In this document: positions 39,471-52,138 of the stretch, piece by piece
How positions within the stretch are numbered: the first letter of the stretch is position 1
How the letters are laid out: each line of letters begins with the position of its first letter
Source of the DNA: Chiloscyllium plagiosum
Lineage: Eukaryota
Length of the DNA: 64,000 nucleotides
NCBI RefSeq assembly: GCF_004010195.1
Contig: NC_057718.1
Location: 64,715,123 to 64,779,122 of the forward strand
Direction: 5' to 3'
Position numbers and translations under genes: made by a program
Notes under the pieces: model-generated
What the model was told of the DNA's origin: nothing
The model's database searches: none
Seen by the model: the letters and a program-made list of their open reading frames with translations, nothing else

Positions 39471-39887
39471 TAAAAACTGATTAGAAAGACACAAAACATC
39501 CTTGAACATTTTCTTACAATATATCATTGCTGTTTTGTGATAAACTTAAAGAACATGGTTACAGTAGCGATGGACAGATATGTTTGCAAAAGCATTGGGC
39601 ATAAGTTAAAGATAGAGAGGTATTCATATCTTAGGAATGGAGAAACATTCATGCAGAACAAGAAATACCAGTTTTACTTCCACAATAAGATGATAGTCTA
39701 TGTCATAAAGAGGTATCCAACACAAACCTAGTGACAGATTGATGACATTGCTTTCAAGATTTGCAATAAATATATAGAAGGCTGACAACTTGCAAAAGGA
39801 ATTATTGTTGTATAAAAGCTTAATCATGTTCTGTGTGAGCGTCTTGAAAGTGTTATGCAAACAAGTATCAAGGAAGGTACTGCTTAC

Positions 39888-39942
39888 CTCTCTTGTAGTA
39901 TAGAATGAAACATTATTTTGGAATGAAATGATTGAAGCATAC
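39888..39942 (-). CDS. Exon 6 (55 nt, phase 2-0): YASIISFQNNVSFYTTRE (alternative frame MLQSFHSKIMFHSILQER is also open)
   Basis: Acceptor ggtttcag, strong donor GAG|gtaagc. Confidence 0.58.
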
Positions 39943-40517
39943 CTGAAACCTCTCAAAGAAGATAAAGTCCAAATAGAGCAGACCAAACAAGGCCTCTTGG
40001 CTTTGAGGAGCAAGATAGGTCCAGTAAAACATTTACTGTCTGTTCAATTGGATCAGAATGAGTAATATTTGGCATTTCAACGTGTAGTTTCTAAAGTAAG
40101 CTCTCAGTACCAATTCATTGTCACTTGAGGATCTCCTACTGCCAATGCTGAGTGTCACCTCCTGTCCCGGCATGTTGTCTCCAACAGAGGACTAGCCAAA
40201 GTGAAGAACCCCCTTCCTCAATCCACCATGAGGTCCGACCTCCATCATTGTTTGTCATGTGGAAATGCCGCATATTCAGCCATGAACACCACTGGTGATG
40301 GTACCAAACTAACTGACATCTCTAGGAAGCAGGGCATCCAGTTACATGCAAATGTAAGCCTTCATCTCAAGCAGTTAACAACCTGACAACAATAGAGTTT
40401 GGTTGTGAATTATTGGCCCTGTGCAGATAGTCTTGCCCTGATTTTTTCAGTGAGGGGGTTGAGACTATTACTTCTGTGAAAAATGCATACTTGATAATAC
40501 TATATATAGATTGATTT

Positions 40518-40518
<1 letters not shown>

Positions 40519-40542
<24 letters not shown>
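40519..40542. repeat. (TA)n microsatellite
   Basis: Direct observation. Confidence 0.95.
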
Positions 40543-40548
<6 letters not shown>

Positions 40549-41112
40549 CTACTTTTTTTAAACCATCTTTTTCACCAGGCTGGTTTCACATTCATCATGA
40601 TTAACTTGATATACTTATTGCGAACCTTTGTCGTACAACTGATTGCCTCTCCTATTAGAATCTCTATTCCAAGGTTCTTTATAGCAGAGAGATCGCATCT
40701 GATCAATATGTTCAGATAGATCCTTGAAAGTAGCACCATACATACACACAAATTCAGAGCAGAAATAGGCCTTGAAGCCCATTCAATATGATCACGGCTG
40801 ATCTGATTGTGACCTCAACTCCATTTTGCTGCACAACCTTTAAGTCTCTTGTTAGTCAAGAATCTATCTACCTCTGCTTTAACCATACAGGTAGTTCTCC
40901 TATAATGTTGTAGCTGTGTTCCAGCAAAGCCTTACTTAATAGAAAATAGTGTAATAGAAATAATGGGACCTATGAGAAAAGTGGGGTTGGGACAGACCAG
41001 CAAAAAATACCAATTACAATTGTTCAAAAATCACCCAAAGGTCTAATACAAGGTATAGCACAGCCTGAATGAAGGCTGAAATCATATTTATGAACAAAGC
41101 AAAAGTAAGATT

Positions 41113-43112
41113 GGGTGGCACGGTGGCTCAGTGGTCAGCACTGCTGCCTCACAGTGCCAGGGACCTGGGTTCAATTCCAGCCTTTAGTGACTTCTTGTGT
41201 GGAGTTTAGATATTCTCCCTGTGTCTGCATGGACTTCCTCTGGGTGTTCTGGCTTATAGAACAGTACAGGCACTTCAGCCCTTGATGTTATGCTGACCTG
41301 TTGAACCAACCTGAAGCCCATCTAACCTATACTATTCCATTTTTGTCCATATGCCTATCCAATGACCATTTAAATTCTCTTAAAGTTGGTCAGTCTACTA
41401 CTGTTGCAGGCAGTGTGTTCCATACCCCTACCAATTTCTGAGTAAAGAAACTACGTCTGACATCTGTCCTATATCTATCACCCCTCAATTTAAAGCTATG
41501 TCCCCTCCTGCTAGCCATTGCCACCTGAGGAAAAAGGCTCTCACTGTCCACCCTATCTAACCCTCTGATTATCTTATATGTCTCAATAAAGTCACCTCTC
41601 AACCTCTCTGATGAAAACAGCCTCAAGGCCCTCAGCCTTCCCTTGTAAGACCTTCCCTCCATACCAGGCAACATCCTAGTAAATCTCCTCTGAACCCTTT
41701 CCAGAGCTTCCACATCCTTCCTATAATGCGGTGACCAGATCTGTCCACAATACTCCAAATGTGGCCGCACCAGAGTTTTGTAAAGCTGCAGCATGATCTC
41801 ATGGTTCCGAAACTCAATTCCTCTACCAATAAAAGCTAACACAACATATGTCTTCTTAACAACCCTATCAACCAGGGTGGCAACTTTCAAGGATCTATGT
41901 ACATGGACATCGAGATCTCTCTGCTCATCTCCACTGCCAATAATCTTACCATTAGCCCAGTACCTGCATTCCTGTTACTCCTTCCAAAGTGAATTACCTC
42001 ACACTTTTCTGCATTAATCTCCATTTGCCACTTCTCAGCCCAGCTCTGCAGTTTGTCTATGTCTCTTTGTAATCTACAACATCCTTCGTCACTATCCACA
42101 ATACTACTGACCTTAGTGTCATCCGCAAATTTACTAACCTATTCTTCTACACCCTCATCCAGGTCATTTATAAAAACGACAAACAACAGTGGACCCAAAA
42201 CAGATCCTTGCGGTACCCCACCAGGAACTGAACTGCAGGATGAATATTTCCCATCAACCACGATCCTCGTTCTTCTTTATGCTAGCCAATTTCTGATCCA
42301 AACCATTAAATCACCCTCAATCCCTCTGCATTTTGTGCAATAGCCTACCATGGGAACCTTATCAAATGCCTTACTGAAATCCATACACACCACATCAACC
42401 ACTTTACCCTCATCCCTTTTTGGTCACCTTCTCAAAGAACTCAATAAGGTTTGTGAGGCACAATCCATTCTTCACAAAACCGTGTTAACTATCCTTAATC
42501 AACTTATTCTTCTCTAGACGATTATAAATCCTATCTCTTATAACCATTTCCAACACTTTACCCACAACTGATGTAAGATTCACAGGTCTATAATTTCTAG
42601 GGTTATCGTTACTCCCCTTCTTGAAAAAGGGAACAAATTTGATATCCCCCAGTCTTCTGTCACTATTCCTGTAGACAATGATGACATAAAGATCAAAGCG
42701 AAAGGTTCGACAATCTCCTCACTGGCTTCCCAGAGAATCCGAGGATAAATCCCATCCGCCCCAGGGCACTTATCTATTTTTACACTTTCTAGAATTGCTA
42801 ACACCTCCTCCTTATGTACCTTAATCTCATCTAGTCCAGTAACCTGTATCTCAGTATTCTCCACAACCACATTGTCTTTTTTAAGACAATGGTCCGTGGT
42901 TTCCTCCCACAGTCCAAAGATGTGCAGGTTAGGCGAATTGGTGATACTAAATTGCCCATAGTGTCCAGGGATGTGTAGGTTAGGTGCATTAGTCAGGGGA
43001 AATGTAGGGTAATATGGTAGGGGAATGGGTCTGAGTGAGATATTTTCAGAGGGTCGGTATGGGTTTGTTGGGCCAAATGGCCTGTTTCCACACTATAGGG
43101 ACTCTATGATTT
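41113..43112 (+). mobile_element. HE1-type SINE split by a CR1 (halves ~41113-41255 and ~42893-43112)
   Basis: The SINE sequence resumes ggtttcctcccacagtccaaag after the LINE. Confidence 0.85.
41256..42885 (-). mobile_element. 5'-truncated CR1 LINE
   Basis: LYKTLVRPHLEYC, WQMEINAEKCEVIHFG, DGIYPRIL. Confidence 0.92.
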
Positions 43113-43589
43113 TACGAGAAATTTAACACAGTACATCTTTAAAAATGTAAGAAAGCTTCTGTCTGTGCAGTACTTCTCACAGAATGCTGCTGTGTTGTCA
43201 GCTGACATCGGTGCATGCGTGGCCCAGCGCGAATATCGGAGCTCACATCGCACATGCACAGAACAGTACATAGACTTCGGCACATGCGCGTAATGGCATG
43301 AAGACTGGCACTGACATCATGCTTGCATGAACAGAGGCGCATGCCCAGAACAGCAAGAACACTAGCGCATGCGCAGAATGAAGCGCACAAACTGTTCCTC
43401 ACTGGAATCGCGCTATTGACAATAGAGGTAAGCGTTCTCCAAAATACCGTTCCCTAATTCTTCAGCAATGTTATAGCCAAATCATGCTGCTGAAACACAC
43501 GTTATCTCAGACTACCTGTATTCAATATCACCATGCCCCAAGGAAGAGAATTCCAAACACTCAAGACTTATCTTTCTCTCTTACCATAA

Positions 43590-44880
43590 AATACAAAAGC
43601 AGAAGAAGGCTATTTAGCCCATCAAGCCTACTCCTCGTTCAACATGAGCATGTTTAATCCTCTATCTCTATGCCATATTTACACTCTCTCCCCATACTCC
43701 TTGATGCCTTTAGTCTCTGGAAGTTAATCTTATTTTTAAAAGTATATTTCGTGACTTCATTTACACAGCGTACTATGGTAGAGAGTTCCACAGGGTCACT
43801 ATGATCTAAGGGAAGAAATGACCTATCCTGTATCTTGAGACCATTACCACTGATTTAGGGTCCCCAGCCAAGTAAAACATCACCTCTGCATCCAGTCTGT
43901 CCTGTCAGAACTTAAATGCTACATTGAGATCCTCTCTAATGCACACAGTCCTTGTCGACCCAACTTCTCCTCAAATGTCAATCCTGACGCCCCAGGGATT
44001 GGTCTGGTTAACATTTGCTGAATCCTGTCTATGGCAAATATAGGAGACAAGGAGATCAAAATCACACACAATACTCCAAGTATTGATCTCACCAAGGCCA
44101 TGTACCAGCTGCAATATGACTTCTTTCCACCCTCCTACAAAGTAGGTCAACACATCATTTGTCTTCCTAATTGAATGCTGCATGCTTACTTTCAGTATCT
44201 GGTGTATAAAGACACACAGGTCCTTTTGTTCATCAAAGTGGAAGACCCTTTTGTTTCAAACAGTGTCTCCTAATTTTAGTCTGTCTCACAAAGGAAAACA
44301 TCCTTTCAACTTCACCTTGTTACGTCATCTCTGGATCTTAACTGTTTCAAATAGATCACATCTTTTTCCTGCACACCAATACAGTATAGGCCCAAAGTAT
44401 CCAAAATCCCTCAATCCAGGTATCCTCTTTTCTGAACTGGTTCTAATGCATCTGCCCTTCCTTTAATAAGGAGCTCAAAACTGTTAAAAGTACAGGGATG
44501 TGGCCATATTGACACCCTATACAAATACAGCAAAATATCCCTACTTTTACAGTATATACCTCTTTCAGTAACAACAACATCAATTTGACTGAATCACACA
44601 TTAGACCCACATGCTAATTATATGTGATTCATATACCAGAACACCCAGATCCCTTTGTATCTGAGTTTTGTGAACTCTTACCATGTAAATAACATTTTTT
44701 TGTTGTTTCTGCCAAAGTTACGAGTTCAAATTGTTTTATATTTTACTCCATTTGTCAACGTTTTGTTTACTCATTTAACCTAGCTATCTCCCTTTGAAAA
44801 TTCAATATATCACCTTCACAATTTATTTTCTGACCTATCATGGTGTTATTAGCAAGTTTAGCAAACTCACATTTGGTTCA
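43590..44880 (-). mobile_element. Old CR1-like LINE remnants
   Basis: Degenerate RT C-terminal similarity (QMLTRPIPGASGLTFEEKLGRQGL). Confidence 0.6.
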
Positions 44881-45774
44881 TTCATTCAAGACATTAACAT
44901 TGAGATAAAATTAAAATAGGGGTACAAGGATAATGGAATCCTTTCACTTGGACATGAGAGGGCAGATGGTTCTTGTGTGTAACTTCACATCTAAGTAACA
45001 GTATTTCTGATAGCATTGTATTACATCACTGCCTTTACTGTCGAATCAATTTGGGATGTTCAAATCTCTGGTATGGGGCCTGAACCCTTCACCACCTGAC
45101 CCCGTCACAGGAAAGTTATCACTGAGCCATAACCAATCTAAACCAATTTGCTTTAGCACTTCCTTTGTTCAAGAAAAAGGTGTTAAGTCTTGCTGTAATT
45201 GCAATCTATTATAATTACCCAGAAGCTGGATGGAAGACCGATGAGATACATTGATCAGAATGATTGATAGTAATTGTCCTGATCACCCCTTCAATGGATT
45301 GCTACAGTTCATATTTAGTTTCAAGGTTTGAATCAATGCAAAAGACTGACTTCTGCTTTGTGAAAATTCTGTCCAACAGTCATTAGGTTACAGTTTTTAA
45401 AAATGTATTCTTTAATATCAGATTTACCAACAATCTACTAAAAAATTTACTTCAATTTACAGAATTCACACTCTCATCCATTTGCTATCATTAGCAATAG
45501 CAGAAACAACACCAAGACAAGGCGAGAAACATCTGGCTAACGACAAAAAAAAGTAAAGCCCTCCTGATTAGTCCACTGTAAGGATCTGAAAGGATTGCAA
45601 CACTTCTCCATGTACAGATGTCATGATGCAAGACTCAAAATGTGTTCAACACAGGTGTTTGCACTTTTTCCCACCCTCAACCCTCCTTCAACCCATTGTT
45701 ATAACTCGTACAAAAGACTTGAGACTTTGTCATAATGAAAATGTCAGCAATAGGAAATCACACAGAAATGTGAT

Positions 45775-46320
45775 CAGGTTGGTTTGCAGGGAAGATACTG
45801 GAGACTGGTGGGAAAGAACTGTAGCTCAATGGATCTGGAGGTCAGGACAGTGGCGAGAGAATACGGGGTCCTGGAAGTAGAGGCTGGGTGAAGGGATTTG
45901 AGGGGTAGGGAGCAAAGGGTGGTGGACGGGGGAGCGCGGTCATGGCAGCCATAAAGCTTAGAGCTGGCAAATAGTGTAACTGAGCTTGAGAGAGTTTTGG
46001 ATATTGACAAGAGTGAGGCTGGACGAAGAATGGGGTGTTTGGGGGGTGGGTGGGTGGAGGTTGTGGAGTCAGTAGAGATGAAATATTGGTGTCCTGATGG
46101 TTGGGGCTGTGGAAGGAGAGAAATTCAGCCATTGGAGGATGAGTGAGTTTGAGGTGGAAGGAAGGTTATGGGGCTTGAGGTGGGGGAGCAGCGAAGGAGG
46201 GAGGTTATCTTAGAGGTGAGGAATGATGTTGATCTTTCAGAAGGAAGTTTTGGATCAAGACCTGAATATTGGAGACGAAGGATCTGGGGACCAGGAGCAG
46301 TGGCTGGTGTGGCAAGAACC
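45775..46320 (-). mobile_element. Old L2/CR1-clade LINE internal remnant
   Basis: Purine-rich decayed coding-like stretch; family assignment tentative. Confidence 0.4.
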
Positions 46321-46480
46321 AAGTATTTATTACTTATTTGCTGTTTAGTCCTGATTTTCCAGAGGCCATACTTACTCTGGGAAAGTGATTTTGCAATAGG
46401 GATTTTCAGCCTCTTGCTTGCATTTCATATTAGACCACTATCAATGTCAAGGAAAGCTAAAGGTCTTCTCAAACTTGTCC

Positions 46481-47207
46481 TGTTATGGACCAGGCCAGAC
46501 TCCCTCTAAACATTTCAAGAAAGTCGCCTAGACCCTAACTTTGTTAGTTGCTTTAAGCAGGTGTAATGCGGATATTCCAGGAGGGATGCAATTGGTCAAA
46601 CCATGTAGTTTCAAACAAATCTGAATTTATTTACAAGATAACTGAATGAAACACAAACAAAAAAGAACAGAATACTGAATAACTTAGCCTATCCGAAAAC
46701 CAAACAGATCTTCCCAACTTAGTGATGCTGTTCCAAATACTTGCAACAATCCCCATAAACACCCCCTGTCACAAAGGTAAAATCAAACACAGCGTCTTAT
46801 GGGAGAGAAGTCAGAGAGAGAGGAGTATCAGCATGAACCTGCTTCTTTGGGCCCAGCAGCTTTTAAACTGCCTGACTGCATTCAGTGAATAGCCAGACTG
46901 CCAAAGACCAAATCAAACCAGAGAAAAGCTGAGCTGACAGATCTGGTCTCTCCCCTTTCACTGCATAGAACATAGAACAGTTCAGCACAGAACAAGCCCT
47001 TCAGCCCACGATGTTGTGCCGGCCATTATGCACAAGTGTTCTTTCTAAAAACTTGAAAGCCTTTTATCTGAGGCAGTATCTGGTAGCTATACTCAAATTG
47101 GCCCCTAAAACACATTCAAGCCCAGACTTTTCAGAACCAGTGTTTTAAAAATTTCCTGAAAAAAAACAAGGACAACATAACTTTGTTAAAGGAGTAGCAT
47201 TATCACA
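46481..47207. mobile_element. Solo LTR with GTCC target-site duplication
   Basis: TGTTATGG...TATCACA ends; GTCC at 46477-46480 and 47208-47211; small LINE-tail insert near 46965-47025. Confidence 0.85.
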
Positions 47208-47466
47208 GTCCTTATCCAAAATAACAAGAGTCATACTTCTAGTCATTATTTTGAGGTCTTAGGAACTCTGTTGTACCTGAAAAATGCACAATAAGAGACT
47301 CAATTCCAAATATTTGCAAGATTGTTAAGGATCCAATAAAAATACTCACAGATGATCCCTCAGAGAATATATAGGAATTTAAGAGGTCACTCATTGTAGT
47401 CTAATTTTCTAAATCTAATCTAAAGTCAGATCCACTGATTTTTGGATAATCAGATACCAGACATAC

Positions 47467-47513
47467 CATGAATGATGAACATTTTGGATCTTAGGGAAGT
47501 TCCAACACATTGA
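47467..47513 (-). CDS. Exon 5 (47 nt, phase 0-2): SMCWNFPKIQNVHHS(W)
   Basis: Acceptor ttttaaacttcccacatag, donor TG|gtatgt; 114-nt intron to exon 4. Confidence 0.52.
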
Positions 47514-47627
47514 CTATGTGGGAAGTTTAAAATCCTAATTGACAGTTATGTGGTATCTGGAACCCTCTAAGGAAATCCCCAGCTCTGAGTTCGAGTCAAG
47601 CACTTTGAAAAAATACAACTTTCTTAC

Positions 47628-47676
47628 CTTAAAGCTAGCCAGGACAAGATAGCAGAATGAAAACATGTTTAAACTT
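47628..47676 (-). CDS. Exon 4 (49 nt, phase 2-0): SLNMFSFCYLVLASFK
   Basis: Acceptor tttcatagtttctcag, donor AAG|gtaaga. The only open frame is the required one. Confidence 0.6.
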
Positions 47677-47789
47677 CTGAGAAACTATGAAACTGACTTT
47701 CTTACCACTAACTGTAAACGCTGCAATGAGTCATGACCCTGCCCCAAACACCCAACCACCCCCTCCAAAGTCGAAGATCCCTCAATTCT

Positions 47790-50640
47790 CTAGCTGCAAG
47801 AGAGGTGTCAGAGTACTGGTGGGCAGCCAATATGCTACCATTATTCAGGAAGGGAAGAAGAGATAAACCAGGAAATTACAAGTCAGTCAGCCTAATCTCA
47901 GCGATAGTTAAATTATTGGCAACAATTCTGTGGAAAATAATTAATCTGCACTTAGATAGGCAGGGATTAATCAGGAACAGTCAGCATGGATTTGTTCAAT
48001 GGAGGTTATGTCTGATCAACTTGATTAAATCTATTGAAGTGGTGACCAGGTGCATGGATAAAGGTAATGCTTTCATGGAATCACAGAACCATCAAAGTTT
48101 ACAGTATGGGAAGAGGTCATTTAGCCCATTAGTTTGTACCGGCTCCTGAAACAGTTATCCAGTTAGTCCCATTCTCCAGCCCGAGCTGCATTGCCCTTTA
48201 AATTCATCGCTTGCAAATGAAATGCATCTCACTTTTGAAACTCGCTGTGGAATCTGCTTCCACCACTATGCCAGCAGCATATTCCAAATGCTAACAACTC
48301 TCTGAGTAAAGAAGTTTGTCTTCATCTCATTTCTGGGTCTCTTGCTGATGATCTTGAAATTATGACCTCGAGTTACTGACATTTGGACTAGTGGAAACAG
48401 GGTATCCTTCTTAACCCCGTCAAAATTGTTCAAACGTTTGAACACCTCAATAAAGTCTCCTCTTGATCTTCTCTGCGCCAAGGAGAATAAGCCCAATATC
48501 TCAAATCTTTCCTTGAATTGAAAATCAGTCATTCTTTGTATCATTCTGTCCTATCTTATTTGCACTCTCTCCAGGACTTTAACATCCTTCCTTAAGCTTC
48601 CCAGAACTGAACACAATACTCTGAATATAGTCTGAGCAATGATTTATATCCTTCTTTTATACTCTGCGCCTGTGTTTATAAAACCAAGGATCATAAAAAC
48701 CTTATTAACAATAGTTCCAACTTGCCTGGGCATCTTCAGTAAATTGTGCACTTGAACCCAGAGGTCCCTCTTCTCCTGTACACCCCTCACAGTTAGACCA
48801 TTGCTTCTTAGTCATAGAGTCATAAAGATGTACAACACGGAAATAGACCCTTCGGTCCAACTTGTCCATGCCGACTAGATAACCCAACCCAATCTAGTCC
48901 CATTTGCCAGCATTCAGTCCATATCCCCCCAAACCTTTCCTATTCATATACCCATCCAGATGCCTTTTAAATGTTGCAATTGTACTGACTTCCACCACTT
49001 CCTCTGGCAACTCATTCCATATAGTACCACCCTCTGAGGTCTCTTTTATATCTTTCCCCCCTCACCCTAAACCTACACCCTCTAGTTCTGGACTCCCCTA
49101 CCCCGAGAAAAGACTTTGTCTATTTATTCTATCCATGCCCCTCATGATTTTATAAACCTCTATAAGGTCACCCCTTAGCCTCTAACACTCCAGGGAAAAC
49201 AGCCCTAGCCTATTCAACCTCTCCCTATAGCTCAAATCCTCCTACCCAGGCAACATCCTTGTAAATCTTTTCTGAACCCTTTCCAGTTTCACAACATCTT
49301 TCCTGTATTGTTTATCGATGTTTCTTCCACAAAAATGCATTATCTCACTTTTTCTGCATTGTAGGGATTAGATTCCCTACAGTATGGAAACAGACCCTTC
49401 AGCCCAACAATTCCACACTGACCCTCCAAACAGTAACCCGCCCACACTCATTCCCCTACCCTATATTTACCCCTGACACTATGGGCAATTTAGCATGGCC
49501 AATCTACCTAACATGCACATCTTTGGATTGTGGGAGGAAACCGGAGCATGTGGAGGAGACCCATGCAGACACAGGGGGAACGTGCAAACTCCACACAGAC
49601 AGTCACCCGAGGCAGCAATCGAACCCAGGTCCCTGGCACCCTGGGGCAGCAGTGTTAACCACTGAGCCATTCATCTGCCAGGTGTTCGCCCTTTTGGCCA
49701 ACTTGTTAGTAGATCTCCCTAACTCATCAGTATCATCCTTACATTTCACTGTTCTCCCCAGTTTAGTATCATCTGCAAATCCAAAGGTTTTTCCCTCAAT
49801 GCCGATCTCCAAGTCATTTATATAAATCAGAAATAATAAGGTTTCCAGCAGTGATTCCTGTGGAACACTACTTTCAATGCCATAGAGTTAGGGTTAGGTC
49901 TCTCGTCTAAAAAATGCCAATCTATACCTACTCTCTGTTTCCTATCTCTTAGCCAATTTATAATCTATGCTGCCAAGGATCCATCAATCCCAAACATATT
50001 TCTGATTTGCTAACCAACCTGCCATGTGGTTGACTCAAGATGTCAGCAATGCTTTTGATAAGGGCCAACATGGGAGACTGATAGTGAAGGTAAAAGCTAA
50101 TGGGATCCAGAATGGGCTGAATGGCAGGAAGCAGAGAGTGATGGTCAAGAGGTGATTGTGTGACTGGAAGCCTGTCTACCCTCTCTATGCCAACCAAAAT
50201 CCTTATAAGACTCCAATAGCTTTGTTAAGCATGATTTGCCTTTCATAAACTTCTGCTGGCTTTGTCCTATCCCATTAAAACTTTCCAAATATTCTATTGT
50301 CACATCTTTTATACTAGATCCTAGGATTTTTCCCAACTGAAGTCAGGCTAACTGGTCTATATTCTCTGTTCCTTTTCTCTCTCTCCTCTTTTATTTTAAA
50401 ATAATCAGGTTATATTTGCCACCCTCTAAATTATAGGAACTTCTCTAGAGTCTTTTGAATTTTGGAAGGTGACTGACAATGTGGTCAATATTTCCATGAC
50501 CACACCCTGATGCACACTGGGATTATTAGACCCTAGTGATTTGTCAGACCTTAAGCTCATTAACTTACCCAGTACCAATTTCTTACTGACACTGATTTCC
50601 TTCAGTTCTGCTCTCTCAGTAGATTCTTGTTTCCTGAAAA
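47790..50640. mobile_element. Cluster of CR1 fragments in both orientations
   Basis: QHGFVQWRLCL (+, ~47790-48075), FADDTKLG (-), younger 3' fragment at 48811-49305 (-). Confidence 0.85.
49365..49670 (-). mobile_element. HE1-type SINE
   Basis: Same body as the other copies. Confidence 0.9.
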
Positions 50641-50687
50641 CCTCTGGAAGAAAATTTAAAAAGGCAGCTAAAGTATTCATAACCTCT

Positions 50688-51705
50688 GTAGATATGATCT
50701 ATATGGACTTCAGTAAGGCGTTTGACAAGGTTCCCCATGGGAGAATCATTAGCAAGGTTAGATCTCACGGAATACAGGGAGAACTAGCCATTTGGATACA
50801 GAACTGGCTCAAAGGTAGAAGACAGAGGATGGTGGTGGATGGTTGTTTTTCAGACTGGAGGTCTGTGACCAGTGGAGTGCCACAAGGATCGGTGCTGGGC
50901 CCTCTACTTTTTGTCATTTACATAAATGATTTGGATGTGAGCATAAGAGGTACAGTTAGTAAGTTTGCAGATGACACCAAAATTGGAGGTGTAGTGGACA
51001 GCGAAGAGGGTTACCTCAGATTACAACAGGATCTGGATCAGATGGGTCAATGGGCTAAGAAGTGGCAGATGGAATTTAATTCAGATAAATGCGAGGTGCA
51101 GCATTTTGGGAAAGCAAATCTTAGCAGGACTTATACACTTAATGNNNNNNNNNNNNNNNNNNNNNNNNNNNNNNNNNNNNNNNNNNNCTATCGGAAAGAT
51201 GTTGTGAAACTTGAAAGGGTTCAGAAAAGATTTACAAGGATATTGCCAGGGTTGGAGGATCTGAGCTACAGGGAGAGGCTGAACAGGCTGGGGCTGTTTT
51301 CCCTGGAGCATCGGAGGCTGAGTGGTGACCTTATAGAGGTTTACAAAATTGTGAGGGGCATGGATAGGATAAATAATCAAAGTCTTTTCCCTGTGGTCGG
51401 GGAGTCCAGAACTAGAGGGCATTGGTTTAGGGTGAGAGGGGAACGATACAAAAGAGACATAAGGGGCAACTTTTTCACGCAGAGAGTGGTACGTGTATGG
51501 AATGAGCTGCCAGAGGATGTGGTGGAGGCTGGTACAATTGCAACATTGAAGAGGCATTTGGATGGGTATATGAATAGGAAGGGTTTGGAGGGATATGGGC
51601 CGGGTGCTGGCAGGTGGGACTAGATTGGATCGGGATATCTGGTCGGCATGGACAGGTTGGACCGAAAGATCTGTTTCCATGCTGTACATCCCTATGACTC
51701 TATGT
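50688..51705 (+). mobile_element. Young 5'-truncated CR1 LINE spanning an assembly gap
   Basis: Intact [25 protein letters not shown]; no stops in the sequenced part. Confidence 0.95.
51145..51187. other. Assembly gap (43 N)
   Basis: Run of n. Confidence 1.
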
Positions 51706-51780
51706 CTCTGAGAATTGTCAAATTAACTGAATTCAGAACCCTGTGATAAAGATAGGTCATTGAAGGATGCAAGCAGAAAT

Positions 51781-52091
51781 GATTAGATTAGATTACTTAC
51801 AGAGAGGAAACAGGCCCTTTGGCCCAACAAGTCCACACCGACCCACCGAAGCAAAACCCACCCATACATTTACCTCCTTCACCTAACACTACAGGCAATT
51901 TAGTATGGCCAATTCACCTGACCTGCACATCTTTGGACTGTGGGAGGAAACCGGAGAACCTGGAGGAAACCCACGCAGACACGGGGAGAATGTGCAAACT
52001 CCACATAGTCAGTCGCCCTGAGGCAGGAATTGAACCTGGGTCTCTGGCGCTGTGAGGCAGCAGTGCTAACCACGGTGCCACTGTGCCGCCC
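51781..52091 (-). mobile_element. HE1-type SINE
   Basis: (GATTA)n tail on +, tRNA-like head on -. Confidence 0.92.
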
Positions 52092-52138
52092 ACAAATAAT
52101 AATATAATGAGAGGACTTAGTGATGATATCAACAAATG

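Larger units (their letters stand above)
40888..43518. mobile_element. Non-autonomous Tc1/pogo(Tigger)-like DNA element containing a SINE that itself contains a CR1
   Basis: TA|CAGGTAGTT...ACTACCTG|TA termini; related copy in opposite orientation at 52139-53609. Confidence 0.7.

Noticed and set aside
45219..45301. Open phase 0-2 minus-strand segment QSIEGVIRTITINHSDQCISSVFHPASG
   Set aside because: Weak acceptor; the 47467-47513 exon fills the same slot with better splice sites.
45474..45537. Minus-strand acceptor followed by PDVSRLVLVLFLLLLMIANG*, a possible alternative terminal exon
   Set aside because: Phase-compatible with exon 4 but has no other support; hydrophobicity may just reflect T-richness.
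50541..51623. Longest ORF (360 aa) as an intact gene
   Set aside because: It is a chance upstream extension fused to CR1 RT and reads through a 43-N gap shorter than the missing CR1 segment.
3160..52091. tRNA genes suggested by A/B boxes
   Set aside because: All are heads of HE1-type SINEs, not cloverleaf tRNAs.
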